Below are positions 16,311 to 24,925 of a stretch of DNA of 33,254 bases, piece after piece. Positions within the stretch are counted from its first letter, which is position 1. Every line of letters starts with the position of its first letter. A program made the translations under genes and the position numbers. Under the pieces are notes generated by a model that made no database searches, was not told where the DNA came from, and worked only from the letters and a program-made list of their open reading frames with translations. Source of the stretch: Clostridia bacterium (lineage in GTDB: Bacteria; Bacillota; Clostridia; TANB77; CAG-508); contig JAAWHY010000001.1 of NCBI GenBank assembly GCA_022795675.1, positions 1-33,254 on the forward strand, written 5' to 3'.

Positions 16311-16650
16311 CAGTTTGCGACTTTTGTAATATAAACGTCATATCAACGTAATATTTTTGTAATATTCATATAATAATCCAATGTGATATACGGAAAGTCC
16401 TAGTTTTTATATTTCTATCAAGCACAAATGGATTTTAAAAATTAGTATATTATTATCAACAAGTTCGAAATTAATGACACTTACTTTTATATTTAATTTC
16501 ACATATAGTTTACAATGTTGTATACTTAATTTTTTTGAAAATATATTCCTTTATTTATTTTAAAATTATTAAATTTACTAATACATAGATTTGTTTTCCA
16601 TTTTTACCAAATTTTTCTTGTTTATTTTTTTTTATATTGCACAATATATA

Positions 16651-16685
16651 CTATGAAATGATTTGGTGACCAAATTGTTTCATAG
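16651..16685 (+). promoter_or_regulatory. 35-nt palindrome / 5'-leader hairpin just upstream of the SASP gene RBS
   Basis: ctatgaaatgatttggtgaccaaattgtttcatag forms a 16-bp stem (two G-U wobbles in RNA) around a 3-nt loop and ends 17 nt before GGAGG. Confidence 0.5.
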
Positions 16686-16716
16686 CGAAACGTTTTATTC
16701 TAGGAGGTGAATGATA

Positions 16717-16920
16717 ATGGCAAACAATTCTAACAAAAAATTAGTTCCAGAAGCTATGGACGCTTTAGATAAATTCAAATATGAAGTAGCTAGTGAAGTT
16801 GGTGTAACTTTAAAAGATGGTTATAATGGTAACCTATCTTCAAGAGACGCTGGTAGAATCGGTGGTAACATGGTTAAAAAGTTAATACAACAAGCTGAAA
16901 ACAACATGGCTAACAAATAA
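16717..16920 (+). CDS. ssp: alpha/beta-type small acid-soluble spore protein
   Basis: MANNSNKKLVPEAMDALDKFKYEVASEVGV...LSSRDAGRIGGNMVKKLIQQAE carries both conserved SASP blocks. The ATG at 16717 sits 9 nt after GGAGG (16703..16707), whereas the track start at 16711 is too close. Confidence 0.9.
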   Translation: MANNSNKKLVPEAMDALDKFKYEVASEVGVTLKDGYNGNLSSRDAGRIGGNMVKKLIQQAENNMANK

Positions 16921-16983
16921 TTAAATTACTAGCTTATAATTTTTGCAGGAATATTTCTTTCCCACTTTTATGTTTATACATAA

Positions 16984-17016
16984 GGGCAGGAACTAAATGT
17001 TCCTGCCCTTTTATTA
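16984..17016 (+). terminator. rho-independent terminator after ssp (possibly bidirectional, also facing the purM end)
   Basis: gggcaggaac-taaat-gttcctgccc followed by ttttatta. Confidence 0.8.
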
Positions 17017-17065
17017 TTCTAATAACTTTAATTATGCACATTTTTTTACGTCTCCAATGTGCATT

Positions 17066-18106
17066 TTACCAATTAAATTCTCCTACTACCTCTACCTGTT
17101 TATTTCCTGGCACTATTTCTCCTATTTCGTAACAATTTACTCCTTGCATCTTTATGTGATTTATTATTTTTTCTGCATTTTCTTTTTTTGCTACTATTGT
17201 TAATCCAACACCTAAATTAAATGTTCTTAACATCTCTCCCGCTTCAACATTTCCATATTTCTTTATTAGCTTAAATATGTCCAATATTTTATATTTGCTT
17301 GCATCTATTTTTGCATTTACATTTTCAGGTAATATTCTATTTAAGTTTTCTTTTATTCCTCCACCTGTTATATGTGCAAGTCCTGTGATAATATTTTCTG
17401 AAAATAAGTCTTTTATTGTTTTATAATAACATCTATGTGGTTCTAATATTGCTTCAATAAAAGTTTTTTCTCCTACTTTTTCTTCTAATATTTCTGGTGA
17501 TTGTTTCATTATCTGTCTTACTAATGTATATCCATTTGTATGAACTCCACTAGATTCAACTGATATTACTACATCTCCTACTTCTATTTTTGATCCATCT
17601 ATTATTGATTCTTTATCTACTATTCCTACTATACTTGATGTTAATATATATGTACCTGCTTCTAATACTCCTGGTTGTTCTGATGTTTCGCCCCCTGTTA
17701 ATACACATCCTTGTGCTTTACATGCATCTGATACTGCTTTTACTATTTTGTTTATTGCTATTTTGTCCATTTTTCCACAGATTATAGCATCTTGAACTGT
17801 TAATGGTTTTGCTCCCATTACTATACAATCGTTTATTAAGTGATTTATCATGTCATATGATACATTTTCTAATTTATCATATTGTGCTGCTATTAATTGT
17901 TTTGAACCTGGTTCTTCTGTTTTTAATACTAATACTGGATTTTTATATTCTTCAAATTTTATATCATATAGTGATGAGAATGCTCCTATTTTATTTAATA
18001 CTCTTTTGTTGTCTGTTGCTAAACTGTCTGCCATATCCTTTTTTGCTTGATTTGCTTCGTCTATGTTTACATCATATTTTAAACTATTATTTTCCATGTT
18101 TTTCAT
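17066..18106 (-). CDS. purM: phosphoribosylformylglycinamidine cyclo-ligase (AIR synthetase)
   Basis: 346-aa ORF with PurM-typical blocks: GAFSSLYD, DCIVMGAKPL, GCVLTGGETSEQPG, GVHTNGYTLVR and GLAHITGGG. Its start overlaps the rimO stop (ATGA). Confidence 0.9.
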   Translation of the reverse strand: MKNMENNSLKYDVNIDEANQAKKDMADSLATDNKRVLNKIGAFSSLYDIKFEEYKNPVLVLKTEEPGSKQLIAAQYDKLENVSYDMINHLINDCIVMGAKPLTVQDAIICGKMDKIAINKIVKAVSDACKAQGCVLTGGETSEQPGVLEAGTYILTSSIVGIVDKESIIDGSKIEVGDVVISVESSGVHTNGYTLVRQIMKQSPEILEEKVGEKTFIEAILEPHRCYYKTIKDLFSENIITGLAHITGGGIKENLNRILPENVNAKIDASKYKILDIFKLIKKYGNVEAGEMLRTFNLGVGLTIVAKKENAEKIINHIKMQGVNCYEIGEIVPGNKQVEVVGEFNW

Positions 18107-19410
18107 TCCTTTCTTAATTTCCCAATTAGGTCGTATTCTTGTACATTTACAATCTCCACATCTACAAATTTTCCTATTAAATCTTTGTCTGTGGTATTTT
18201 CTATAAATACTACTCCATCTTCATCTGGAACATCCATATATGTTCTTCCTATTAAATATTTGCCATCAAAAGATCTTTCTTCTATTAAGGTTTTATAAGT
18301 TTTTCCAACTTTACCTTTTAGAATTTCTTCGGATATTTCCTGTTGTAATTTCATAATCTTATTATATCTAGCTTTTTTAGTATTTAGATGAATTTGATTT
18401 TCCATTTTTTCTGCTGGAGTTCCATCTTCTTTTGAATATATAAAAGTACCTAATTTATCAAACCTAGTATCTCTTACAAATTCATATAATTTATTAAAAT
18501 CTTCTTCTGTTTCACCTGGGAATCCTACTATTAAGCTAGTTCTTAAAATGGCTTCAGGAATTTGATTTCTTATCTTGTTAATTAATTTTCTTATGCTTTC
18601 TCCATCACTTTTTCTATTCATTCGTTTTAATACTTCATCTGAAATATGTTGTATTGGAATATCAAAATATTTACATATTTTATCATTTTCTTTTACTACT
18701 TTTATTAATTCATCTGTAATACTTTCTGGATATGCATATAAAAATCTAATCCATTCAATACCATCTATTTTGCATAATTCCTGTAAAAGTTCAGCAAGTC
18801 TTGGCTTTTTATATAAATCAATTCCATATTTTGTAGTGTCTTGGGCAATTACAATTAATTCCTTTATGCCTTTTTTAGATAAACTTTTTGCCTCTTCTAT
18901 AATTTCCCCAAATTCTCTTGAAATATATCGCCCTTGTATCTTTGGTATAGCACAATATGTACAATGATTACTACATCCTTCTGCAATCTTTAAATATGAC
19001 ATTGTATCTCCTGTTGTGATTACTCTATCTTTCCAACTTAAACATTCATTAGATATTTCTAATTTTAATAACTCAGATATTTTTGTCCATATTTTATTGT
19101 AATCTTTGATTTTTATAAATAAATCAACTTCGGGTAATGCTTTTCTAAGTTCCTCTTCATATCTTTCTACCATGCAACCTATTACAATAAGATATTTACA
19201 TCTCCCATCTTTATATTGTGCCATCTCAAGTATAGTATCTATTGCCTCTTGCTTCGCAGATTCAATGAAACCACATGTATTTATAACAATAATAGCTGCA
19301 TCTTTTTCATTGTTTACAATAGTAAAATTGCGCTTTTTAAATAGTCCTATTACTTCTTCTGTTACTACTAGATTTTTGCTACATCCTAGTGATATAAATC
19401 CTACATTCAT
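18103..19410 (-). CDS. rimO: ribosomal protein S12 methylthiotransferase
   Basis: 435-aa ORF with an N-terminal ISLGCSKNLV..E block, the radical-SAM motif CSNHCTYCAIP and a C-terminal TRAM-like domain (GKFVDVEIVNVQEYDLIG). Confidence 0.85.
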   Translation of the reverse strand: MNVGFISLGCSKNLVVTEEVIGLFKKRNFTIVNNEKDAAIIVINTCGFIESAKQEAIDTILEMAQYKDGRCKYLIVIGCMVERYEEELRKALPEVDLFIKIKDYNKIWTKISELLKLEISNECLSWKDRVITTGDTMSYLKIAEGCSNHCTYCAIPKIQGRYISREFGEIIEEAKSLSKKGIKELIVIAQDTTKYGIDLYKKPRLAELLQELCKIDGIEWIRFLYAYPESITDELIKVVKENDKICKYFDIPIQHISDEVLKRMNRKSDGESIRKLINKIRNQIPEAILRTSLIVGFPGETEEDFNKLYEFVRDTRFDKLGTFIYSKEDGTPAEKMENQIHLNTKKARYNKIMKLQQEISEEILKGKVGKTYKTLIEERSFDGKYLIGRTYMDVPDEDGVVFIENTTDKDLIGKFVDVEIVNVQEYDLIGKLRKE

Positions 19411-19450
19411 TGTTTTCCCTTTCTTTTCTAGAAACTTATTTACAAGAAAA

Positions 19451-19492
19451 GTGGCTTTGCCACGCGGACGACCAATGGTCGCCCCTACATTA
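19451..19492 (-). repeat. short REP-like GC-rich hairpin element, copy C
   Basis: gtggctttgccac-g-cggacgacca-a-tggtcgcccctacattaa has the same architecture as copy A, with compensatory changes in the inner stem. Confidence 0.8.
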
Positions 19493-19537
19493 ATTATTCA
19501 TTATTAATGATTCACTATTAATATTAAATGGTGACAT

Positions 19538-19653
19538 GGTGCACCCAGTAAAATTTGCTTCGCAAATTTTCCAAGCTTTATTCATGAAAGCACAAAATAA
19601 AAAAATACTTTTCTTATTTTGTGCTTTCTCTCATCTCCACGTATCCCTACGTT
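19538..19653 (-). repeat. long modular REP-like element, copy F
   Basis: Contains the identical 28-nt module (19546..19573), a perfect 14-bp hairpin aaagcacaaaataa/ttattttgtgcttt (19587..19627), and then ctctcatctccacgtatccctacg abutting the DUF1292 stop codon. Confidence 0.8.
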
Positions 19654-19960
19654 ATTCTTCATCTATAAAATCGAATTCTTCCTTAAATTTTTCTTTAAAC
19701 ATGTTAAATACTGTATTAAGAATTTCTTCATCTTCAACACTTACATAAGATTCTTCATCTTCTGAATCAGTATCTTCAACTCGTAAAATAACTACTTCAT
19801 CAGCATCTTCTTCCTCGCTTGCTGGTAACAACACAACATATTCTTCTCCGTCTAACTCTATCAAATCTAAGAACTCGAACTTAACTTCCTCTCCATTTTC
19901 ATCATTTAAAACTATAACATTTTCTAGTTCTTCTTCCATTCCATTTTGTTCGTTATCCAT
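19652..19960 (-). CDS. DUF1292 family protein
   Basis: 102-aa acidic ORF. VLNDENGEEVKFEFLDLIELDGEEYVVLLP...VVILRVED is the DUF1292 signature, and the conserved neighbour ruvX is present. Confidence 0.8.
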   Translation of the reverse strand: MDNEQNGMEEELENVIVLNDENGEEVKFEFLDLIELDGEEYVVLLPASEEEDADEVVILRVEDTDSEDEESYVSVEDEEILNTVFNMFKEKFKEEFDFIDEE

Positions 19961-19991
19961 TATTAATTTCCTTCCTTTCCACAGTTTAAAA

Positions 19992-20417
19992 TTATAAATT
20001 TTTATTTATATATGTTTCTAATATATATCCGGCAGATATTGTATCTACTATATTTCTTTTATTTTTCCTATTTACATTAAGAATATTCATAGTTTTATGT
20101 GCTGCTACTGTTGTTAATCTTTCATCCATAGTATCAATCTTAATTTTATTAAATTTGCATTTTAATTTATGTAGAAATTTATTTGTTATTTCTACCCTAT
20201 CAGAACTTGTCCCATCCATATTAAAAGGCATACCTAGAACTATTGTATCAATTTCATATTCATTCAAAATTTCTTCTAATCTTTTTAATACTTTTTTATC
20301 ATTTCCGTCATGATGTATTGTTTCTAATCCTTGAGATGTTATTCCTAAAGGATCTGAAATAGCAATTCCAACTCTTGCATCTCCATAATCTATACCTAAT
20401 ATTCTCATATTATTCAA
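19992..20417 (-). CDS. ruvX: Holliday junction resolvase-like / pre-16S rRNA nuclease (YqgF)
   Basis: MRILGIDYGDARVGIAISDPLG and DERLTT blocks are present. The true start may be the ATG at 20408. Confidence 0.88.
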   Translation of the reverse strand: MNNMRILGIDYGDARVGIAISDPLGITSQGLETIHHDGNDKKVLKRLEEILNEYEIDTIVLGMPFNMDGTSSDRVEITNKFLHKLKCKFNKIKIDTMDERLTTVAAHKTMNILNVNRKNKRNIVDTISAGYILETYINKNL

Positions 20418-20664
20418 TTATTCCTATATAATTTTCTACCATTCTTTCTAATAGTTCATCACGTTCAATTTGTCTTATTATATTTCTTGCATTTTTGTGA
20501 CTTGTAATATATGTTGGATCACCTGATAAAATATATCCTACTATTTGATTTACAGGATTATATCCTTTTTCAACTAGAGCATCATAAACTTGTCTTAAAG
20601 TTTCCTTAGTCTTTAAGTTTTTGTCTTTTTCTAATTTAAAATTCATAGTTTTATCCATTTCCAT
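20410..20664 (-). CDS. ireB: IreB / UPF0297 family regulatory phosphoprotein
   Basis: 84-aa ORF. VYDALVEKGYNPVNQIVGYILSGDPTYITSHKNARNIIRQIERDELLE is the UPF0297 signature. Confidence 0.85.
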   Translation of the reverse strand: MEMDKTMNFKLEKDKNLKTKETLRQVYDALVEKGYNPVNQIVGYILSGDPTYITSHKNARNIIRQIERDELLERMVENYIGIIE

Positions 20665-20683
20665 AATCTTTTCCTCCTATTTT

Positions 20684-21805
20684 TTATATATTATTTACAT
20701 CGTATTCTGTTATTGGTGCATTATCTAAGTATTCCTCTTGCTTCTTTAAAATTTTCTCTAAAGCTGTACCTTTATAATATGTGGTTAATACAATATTTAA
20801 CTTAATCTTAGCTATTCTTTTATTGTCTTTTTTATTATTCTTTTCATTGTCATCAACCATTTCTATTTTTAAATTTTCTACAGCATTTTTCATATCTATA
20901 ATAAATCTTGTAACTCCATCTACTTCTGCTCCTGAAAATGCAATTACAAATTTTGGACCCATATATCTTACAAATATGTATTCATTTGATAAATTCTCTT
21001 TTATATAATCACACATATCTATTATTACCTGGTTTCCAGTTTCTCTGTTAAATTGTTTATTAATTTGTTCTAAATTTGCAATTCCAATCATACATATTGT
21101 TGAGGTAGTATATCTATCAATTATTTTTCTTCCCTCGTTAAATAAATATTCGCTTGTCTTTAAGGCAGAATAGTAGTCGTCTCTTGTTAAACTTTCAACA
21201 ATATTTTGATAATTAACAATTCTAAATACAGATAATATATTATCTTTTACTACCTCAAGTATTGTTGTATCTATATTATCAAAAGCATGTGGTAGACCAC
21301 TTTCTATTATCCAATATCCAATATAAACATTTTCTATATATAGTGGAAAAAATATTGCTGCCTTTGCTCTACCAAATTCGCTTTTTTGATATGGTAATCT
21401 TTCATCTTCATTATCTACAGTAATATATTTAGGTGTAGCAGTTGTTATACTGTCTTTAAACACATCTTCATTGTGTAGACTTCTAAGGTTGTCCCAATGC
21501 TTTTCTTCAACATTTGAAGCTTTTATTACATATTCTGTTCCATTAAATTCTACAATAGTAGAATATTTTATGTCATATTCTTCTATTAAAATTTCATTTA
21601 TTTTCTTTATTTTCTGATCTACAGTTAATGTATCTCCAGCCGTTGCCATAAAATCCTGCAATACATTTAATCCATTTATCTTCTGATTTATATTTTTGTA
21701 ATTGTTTATTTCTTTATGTATTTTTATATTAAATAAGATTAACATGATTATTATAACAACTAAAACTATTATTACTCCTATTATCCACATATCAGTCCAT
21801 GTCAC
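20684..21805 (-). CDS. membrane-anchored GAF-like plus degenerate GGDEF domain protein
   Basis: 373-aa ORF with an N-terminal TM helix. The C-terminal domain aligns by eye to the GGDEF fold (ICMIGIANLEQINKQFNRETGNQVI...IFVRYMGPKFVIAF), with MGPKF (nt 20948..20962) in place of GGDEF. Confidence 0.6.
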   Translation of the reverse strand: MTWTDMWIIGVIIVLVVIIIMLILFNIKIHKEINNYKNINQKINGLNVLQDFMATAGDTLTVDQKIKKINEILIEEYDIKYSTIVEFNGTEYVIKASNVEEKHWDNLRSLHNEDVFKDSITTATPKYITVDNEDERLPYQKSEFGRAKAAIFFPLYIENVYIGYWIIESGLPHAFDNIDTTILEVVKDNILSVFRIVNYQNIVESLTRDDYYSALKTSEYLFNEGRKIIDRYTTSTICMIGIANLEQINKQFNRETGNQVIIDMCDYIKENLSNEYIFVRYMGPKFVIAFSGAEVDGVTRFIIDMKNAVENLKIEMVDDNEKNNKKDNKRIAKIKLNIVLTTYYKGTALEKILKKQEEYLDNAPITEYDVNNI

Positions 21806-21812
21806 TCCTTTT

Positions 21813-24320
21813 CTATTTATATTGTCTTTTCATCTCATCTAAAGTACTACTCATATTATTTGAAAATCTTGATCTACTTTGTTCATAATTCATATAACCT
21901 GCATTACCTACATTTTCTCTATTTCTTCTCTTAAGTGTACCGCCTGATATAACTGGATATACTTGATCTGCTAATCTATTTAAGCAATTTAGGAAAACTT
22001 TATTATATCCTCTAGTTGATATTTCACAATTTGCAATTCCTGATAGATAATTAGAATATGCCTCCATATCAAATGGAATTACTATTTTGTTTATTGTTTT
22101 CATATCAAACAACCTGTCTTGTATAGACATTTCTGGATCATTATATGTTGACATTCCCCCAACTATCATCTCTTCATTGAGTCCTCTTACTTTTTGAGCT
22201 TTGTTTATAACAGCTCTCAATTTTTCTGGTTGTAAAATATTATTTAGCTTTAACTTTCTTAAGAATTCTGTTAATGGTTGTATTGTTAATACATCCATGC
22301 TTTGAACCATATATATTTCCTGTGCTACTCTGAAATATTCTTTATTTGTTGAATAATCACAATCTAATAATACTAAAGAATAATTTTTAACTAAAGTTGA
22401 TAGCATATTTTCTATACTATAGTCTGAATTTTTAATGTTAGGTGATGAAGTATATACAGTTAAATTTCTATTTACCTCTATTCCTGCAGGGTTTCCTTGT
22501 TTTAAGTTTTCCATAGATGAATACGCAATTTCTCTTAATTCTTCTCTATTTTCTGTATATATATAATATGAATTCTTATTTTTTGTTAAGTCTACTACAG
22601 CTGTTTTTATTCCTCTATTTGATAGTATATCAGCAATATTATTTACTAAAAAAGAGACTCCATTTTTTGATGTACCTACAAAAGATACTACCTTTTTATC
22701 TTGAGTTAATAGATATGAAATATCTACTATTTTCCCATCATCTTCAATTTCTTCTAAATCCTTACTTGGTGATACACCATAATTATTATTTCTGTATGTA
22801 CTGTCATTTACTGGAGAAGTGTTTATTCTATTATCATGTATATCTTGTAGTATATTATTTTCAAAACTTGGTGTACCATAGCTTTGTGGTTCTTCAATTC
22901 TATTCATTTGTATAGCTTCTTTTTCCCTAAAGCTTGACACTCTTGGTTGTCTTCTTTCCCCAAAATTCGATAATTTTACAGGTTCCTCTTTAAAACTTGG
23001 TAAAGCTGGAGATTCTTCTTCAAAACTTGGTAAAATTGGAGATTCCTCCTCAAAGCTAGGTAAAACTGGTGGTGTTTCTTCAAATCCTGGTAATTGTGTA
23101 CTTGTATCTTCTTCAAATCCTGGTAATTGCTGTATTTGTGTCCCAATTTCAGTATTTGGTATAACCTGCTCCTGCATCTCTGTATTTGGAATAGGATTTT
23201 TTCTAGGTCTTCCTCTTCCTCTTTTTGGAGTTTCTACTTTCTGTTCTGGTTCGACTATAATTTTTTTAGGTCTTCCTCTTCCTCTTTTTACAGGTTGATC
23301 TGCTGGAGGAGTTATTCCTTCAACTTCAAGTTCTATTGAAGCTTTTATTGGAGCTGTCGATTTTATAGAAGCTATTGTTTCTATTGGTTCTATTGGAGCT
23401 ACTCCTTCTATACTCTCTATTTCTTCAAGTATTGCATTTGTATCATTTCCAACAAACTCTGTTCTTATTGGTTCTGGAGTTGATTCTGCAATTTTTCTTA
23501 CCTCATTATTTTTTCTAATATTTGATGGTATTATAACTGGTCCCATTGGTTGACTTGAGTGGCTATCTACAATCTTAGAAACATTTATATTGCTTTTCTT
23601 TATGGCTTCTTTTCTTGGGGTTGTAGCTGTACTATATGTCATTATAGATTGATATTTAGGTGACTCTGCTTCAAGCACTGCTTTTACTTCCATTGGTAAA
23701 AATTTTATTATTATCTTTAGTTGTTCATCACTATATTGCTCTGCTATACTATTAAAACTTTCAACATATTTGCTTTCATTTTTTCCTAGCTTTCTGTAAT
23801 GTGTTAAAATATTTTGAATTTCTACTTCACTTACATTTTTATCATCTTCACGTTCATATTCTCCTTGCTCAATTCTGTAATATATTTTAGCTTCTTTTTT
23901 TGTTCTTGGTTTATTTAACAAATTGCATACATTTTCTATGGTTCTATCGTTTCCAATTAAGGCATCATATACCCCTATTGAAAACAATTTTACTAATAAA
24001 TTATCAGATTTTTCTCTTCTCTCTGAGCAAATTACAACTATTGGTATATCTCTTCCTTCTCTATCAATTGCTTCATCACTTATACCATCTAATTTTTCAA
24101 ATATAAATTTATCTATTGTGTCATAATTATTATTAGTAAATGGCTCTAAATCTTCACTTATTACTATTCTATCATATGTTTGATTTCTTTGTAATTCTTT
24201 AATGATAGCATTAAAATAATAAACATTTTTTGAAGATATTATTTCTTTATATTCTGTTTGATATACTTTAACTATTTTTTCTGCTATATCTTCTGTACTA
24301 ACTGCAAATAAAACTTTCAT
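21813..24320 (-). CDS. REC-like domain, disordered linker with two AT-hooks and PxFEE repeats, then a degenerate MinD/ParA-like (CpaE/TadZ-like) domain
   Basis: The track ORF starts at 24380, but the ATG at 24320 (MKVLFAVSTED...) follows a GGAAGGAG RBS and lies 6 nt after the upstream stop. KRGRGRPKK is at nt 23262..23288 and KRGRGRPRK at 23199..23225. LPGFEE/LPSFEEE repeats span 22983..23126. The C-terminal VVSFVGTSKNGVSFLVNNIADILS...TAVVDL...LVLLDCD has a MinD-like fold pattern without GKT. Confidence 0.6.
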   Translation of the reverse strand: MKVLFAVSTEDIAEKIVKVYQTEYKEIISSKNVYYFNAIIKELQRNQTYDRIVISEDLEPFTNNNYDTIDKFIFEKLDGISDEAIDREGRDIPIVVICSERREKSDNLLVKLFSIGVYDALIGNDRTIENVCNLLNKPRTKKEAKIYYRIEQGEYEREDDKNVSEVEIQNILTHYRKLGKNESKYVESFNSIAEQYSDEQLKIIIKFLPMEVKAVLEAESPKYQSIMTYSTATTPRKEAIKKSNINVSKIVDSHSSQPMGPVIIPSNIRKNNEVRKIAESTPEPIRTEFVGNDTNAILEEIESIEGVAPIEPIETIASIKSTAPIKASIELEVEGITPPADQPVKRGRGRPKKIIVEPEQKVETPKRGRGRPRKNPIPNTEMQEQVIPNTEIGTQIQQLPGFEEDTSTQLPGFEETPPVLPSFEEESPILPSFEEESPALPSFKEEPVKLSNFGERRQPRVSSFREKEAIQMNRIEEPQSYGTPSFENNILQDIHDNRINTSPVNDSTYRNNNYGVSPSKDLEEIEDDGKIVDISYLLTQDKKVVSFVGTSKNGVSFLVNNIADILSNRGIKTAVVDLTKNKNSYYIYTENREELREIAYSSMENLKQGNPAGIEVNRNLTVYTSSPNIKNSDYSIENMLSTLVKNYSLVLLDCDYSTNKEYFRVAQEIYMVQSMDVLTIQPLTEFLRKLKLNNILQPEKLRAVINKAQKVRGLNEEMIVGGMSTYNDPEMSIQDRLFDMKTINKIVIPFDMEAYSNYLSGIANCEISTRGYNKVFLNCLNRLADQVYPVISGGTLKRRNRENVGNAGYMNYEQSRSRFSNNMSSTLDEMKRQYK

Positions 24321-24325
24321 TTGTT

Positions 24326-24736
24326 TTAACTCCTTCCGAATTTTACTACAACAACAAATATAAATGGCAATACCTGACATACTATAAGTATCGTTACAAA
24401 AGCTATCATAGCAAAAAATCCTTTGTATCTTGTACCCATATTTCTAATTCCTAATGCATATTGAAATATAGCTGAAATTGATATTCCTAAAAAACATAAT
24501 GGTATACTTAAAAATCTAATTTTATTTAATATGTAAGCCGTAAATCCGTAAGTTTCATTGCCATATGCTTCTATATAATCATCCAATTCTTTCAATGATT
24601 TTTCTTTTATCTCAATTAATTTTCCTGCTGTATCTGATTCTAATAAAGCTTCTCCACTTGATGCATAAACTTTATATGAAATAACCATAGATAAAATACA
24701 TATCACTACTAACAAAGCAATTACCATCTTTTTCAT
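24326..24736 (-). CDS. small integral membrane protein, unknown function
   Basis: 136-aa ORF with an N-terminal signal/anchor and about three further hydrophobic helices. It appears translationally coupled to the next gene. Confidence 0.5.
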   Translation of the reverse strand: MKKMVIALLVVICILSMVISYKVYASSGEALLESDTAGKLIEIKEKSLKELDDYIEAYGNETYGFTAYILNKIRFLSIPLCFLGISISAIFQYALGIRNMGTRYKGFFAMIAFVTILIVCQVLPFIFVVVVKFGRS

Positions 24737-24770
24737 ATTTTATTCTCCTTATATTTCTACTTAAAATAAT

Positions 24771-24865
24771 GTGAAAAATTTGCTTAACAAATTTTATGGA
24801 AATCTATATAAAAAATATACTTTCTCATATAGATAAAATTGATATAAATATCATACACTACAATT
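24771..24865 (-). repeat. long modular REP-like element, decayed AT-rich copy H
   Basis: gtgaaaaatttgcttaacaaattttatgg (compare the 28-nt module), the hairpin atctatat/atatagat (24802..24834), the ctttctcat block and the tail cactacaatt all appear in the same order as in copies E/F/G. Confidence 0.6.
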
Positions 24866-24878
24866 AAAAAAATATCAA
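24850..24878 (-). promoter_or_regulatory. sigma-A type promoter for the 136-aa/835-aa gene pair
   Basis: The minus strand reads TTGATA, a 17-nt spacer, then TATGAT. The spacer and -10 overlap the tail of repeat H, so most of H would lie in the 5' UTR. Confidence 0.45.
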
Positions 24879-24925
24879 GTTTTTTTTATAATTTAATTAA
24901 TTATTTCCGTAACTATTTAATAGTT

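Noticed and set aside
16560-16710. A sigma-G/sigma-F forespore promoter for ssp
   Set aside because: I looked for GnATA at -35 with a 17-18 nt spacer and CATnnTA at -10. Only a weak TATACTA (16647..16653) without a matching -35 was found, which is not enough to annotate.
24321-24380. The extended start of the 855-aa ORF (MSGIAIYICCCSKIRKELKQ)
   Set aside because: It overlaps the end of the upstream 136-aa gene. The ATG at 24320 has a GGAAGGAG RBS and begins the receiver-like beta-strand.
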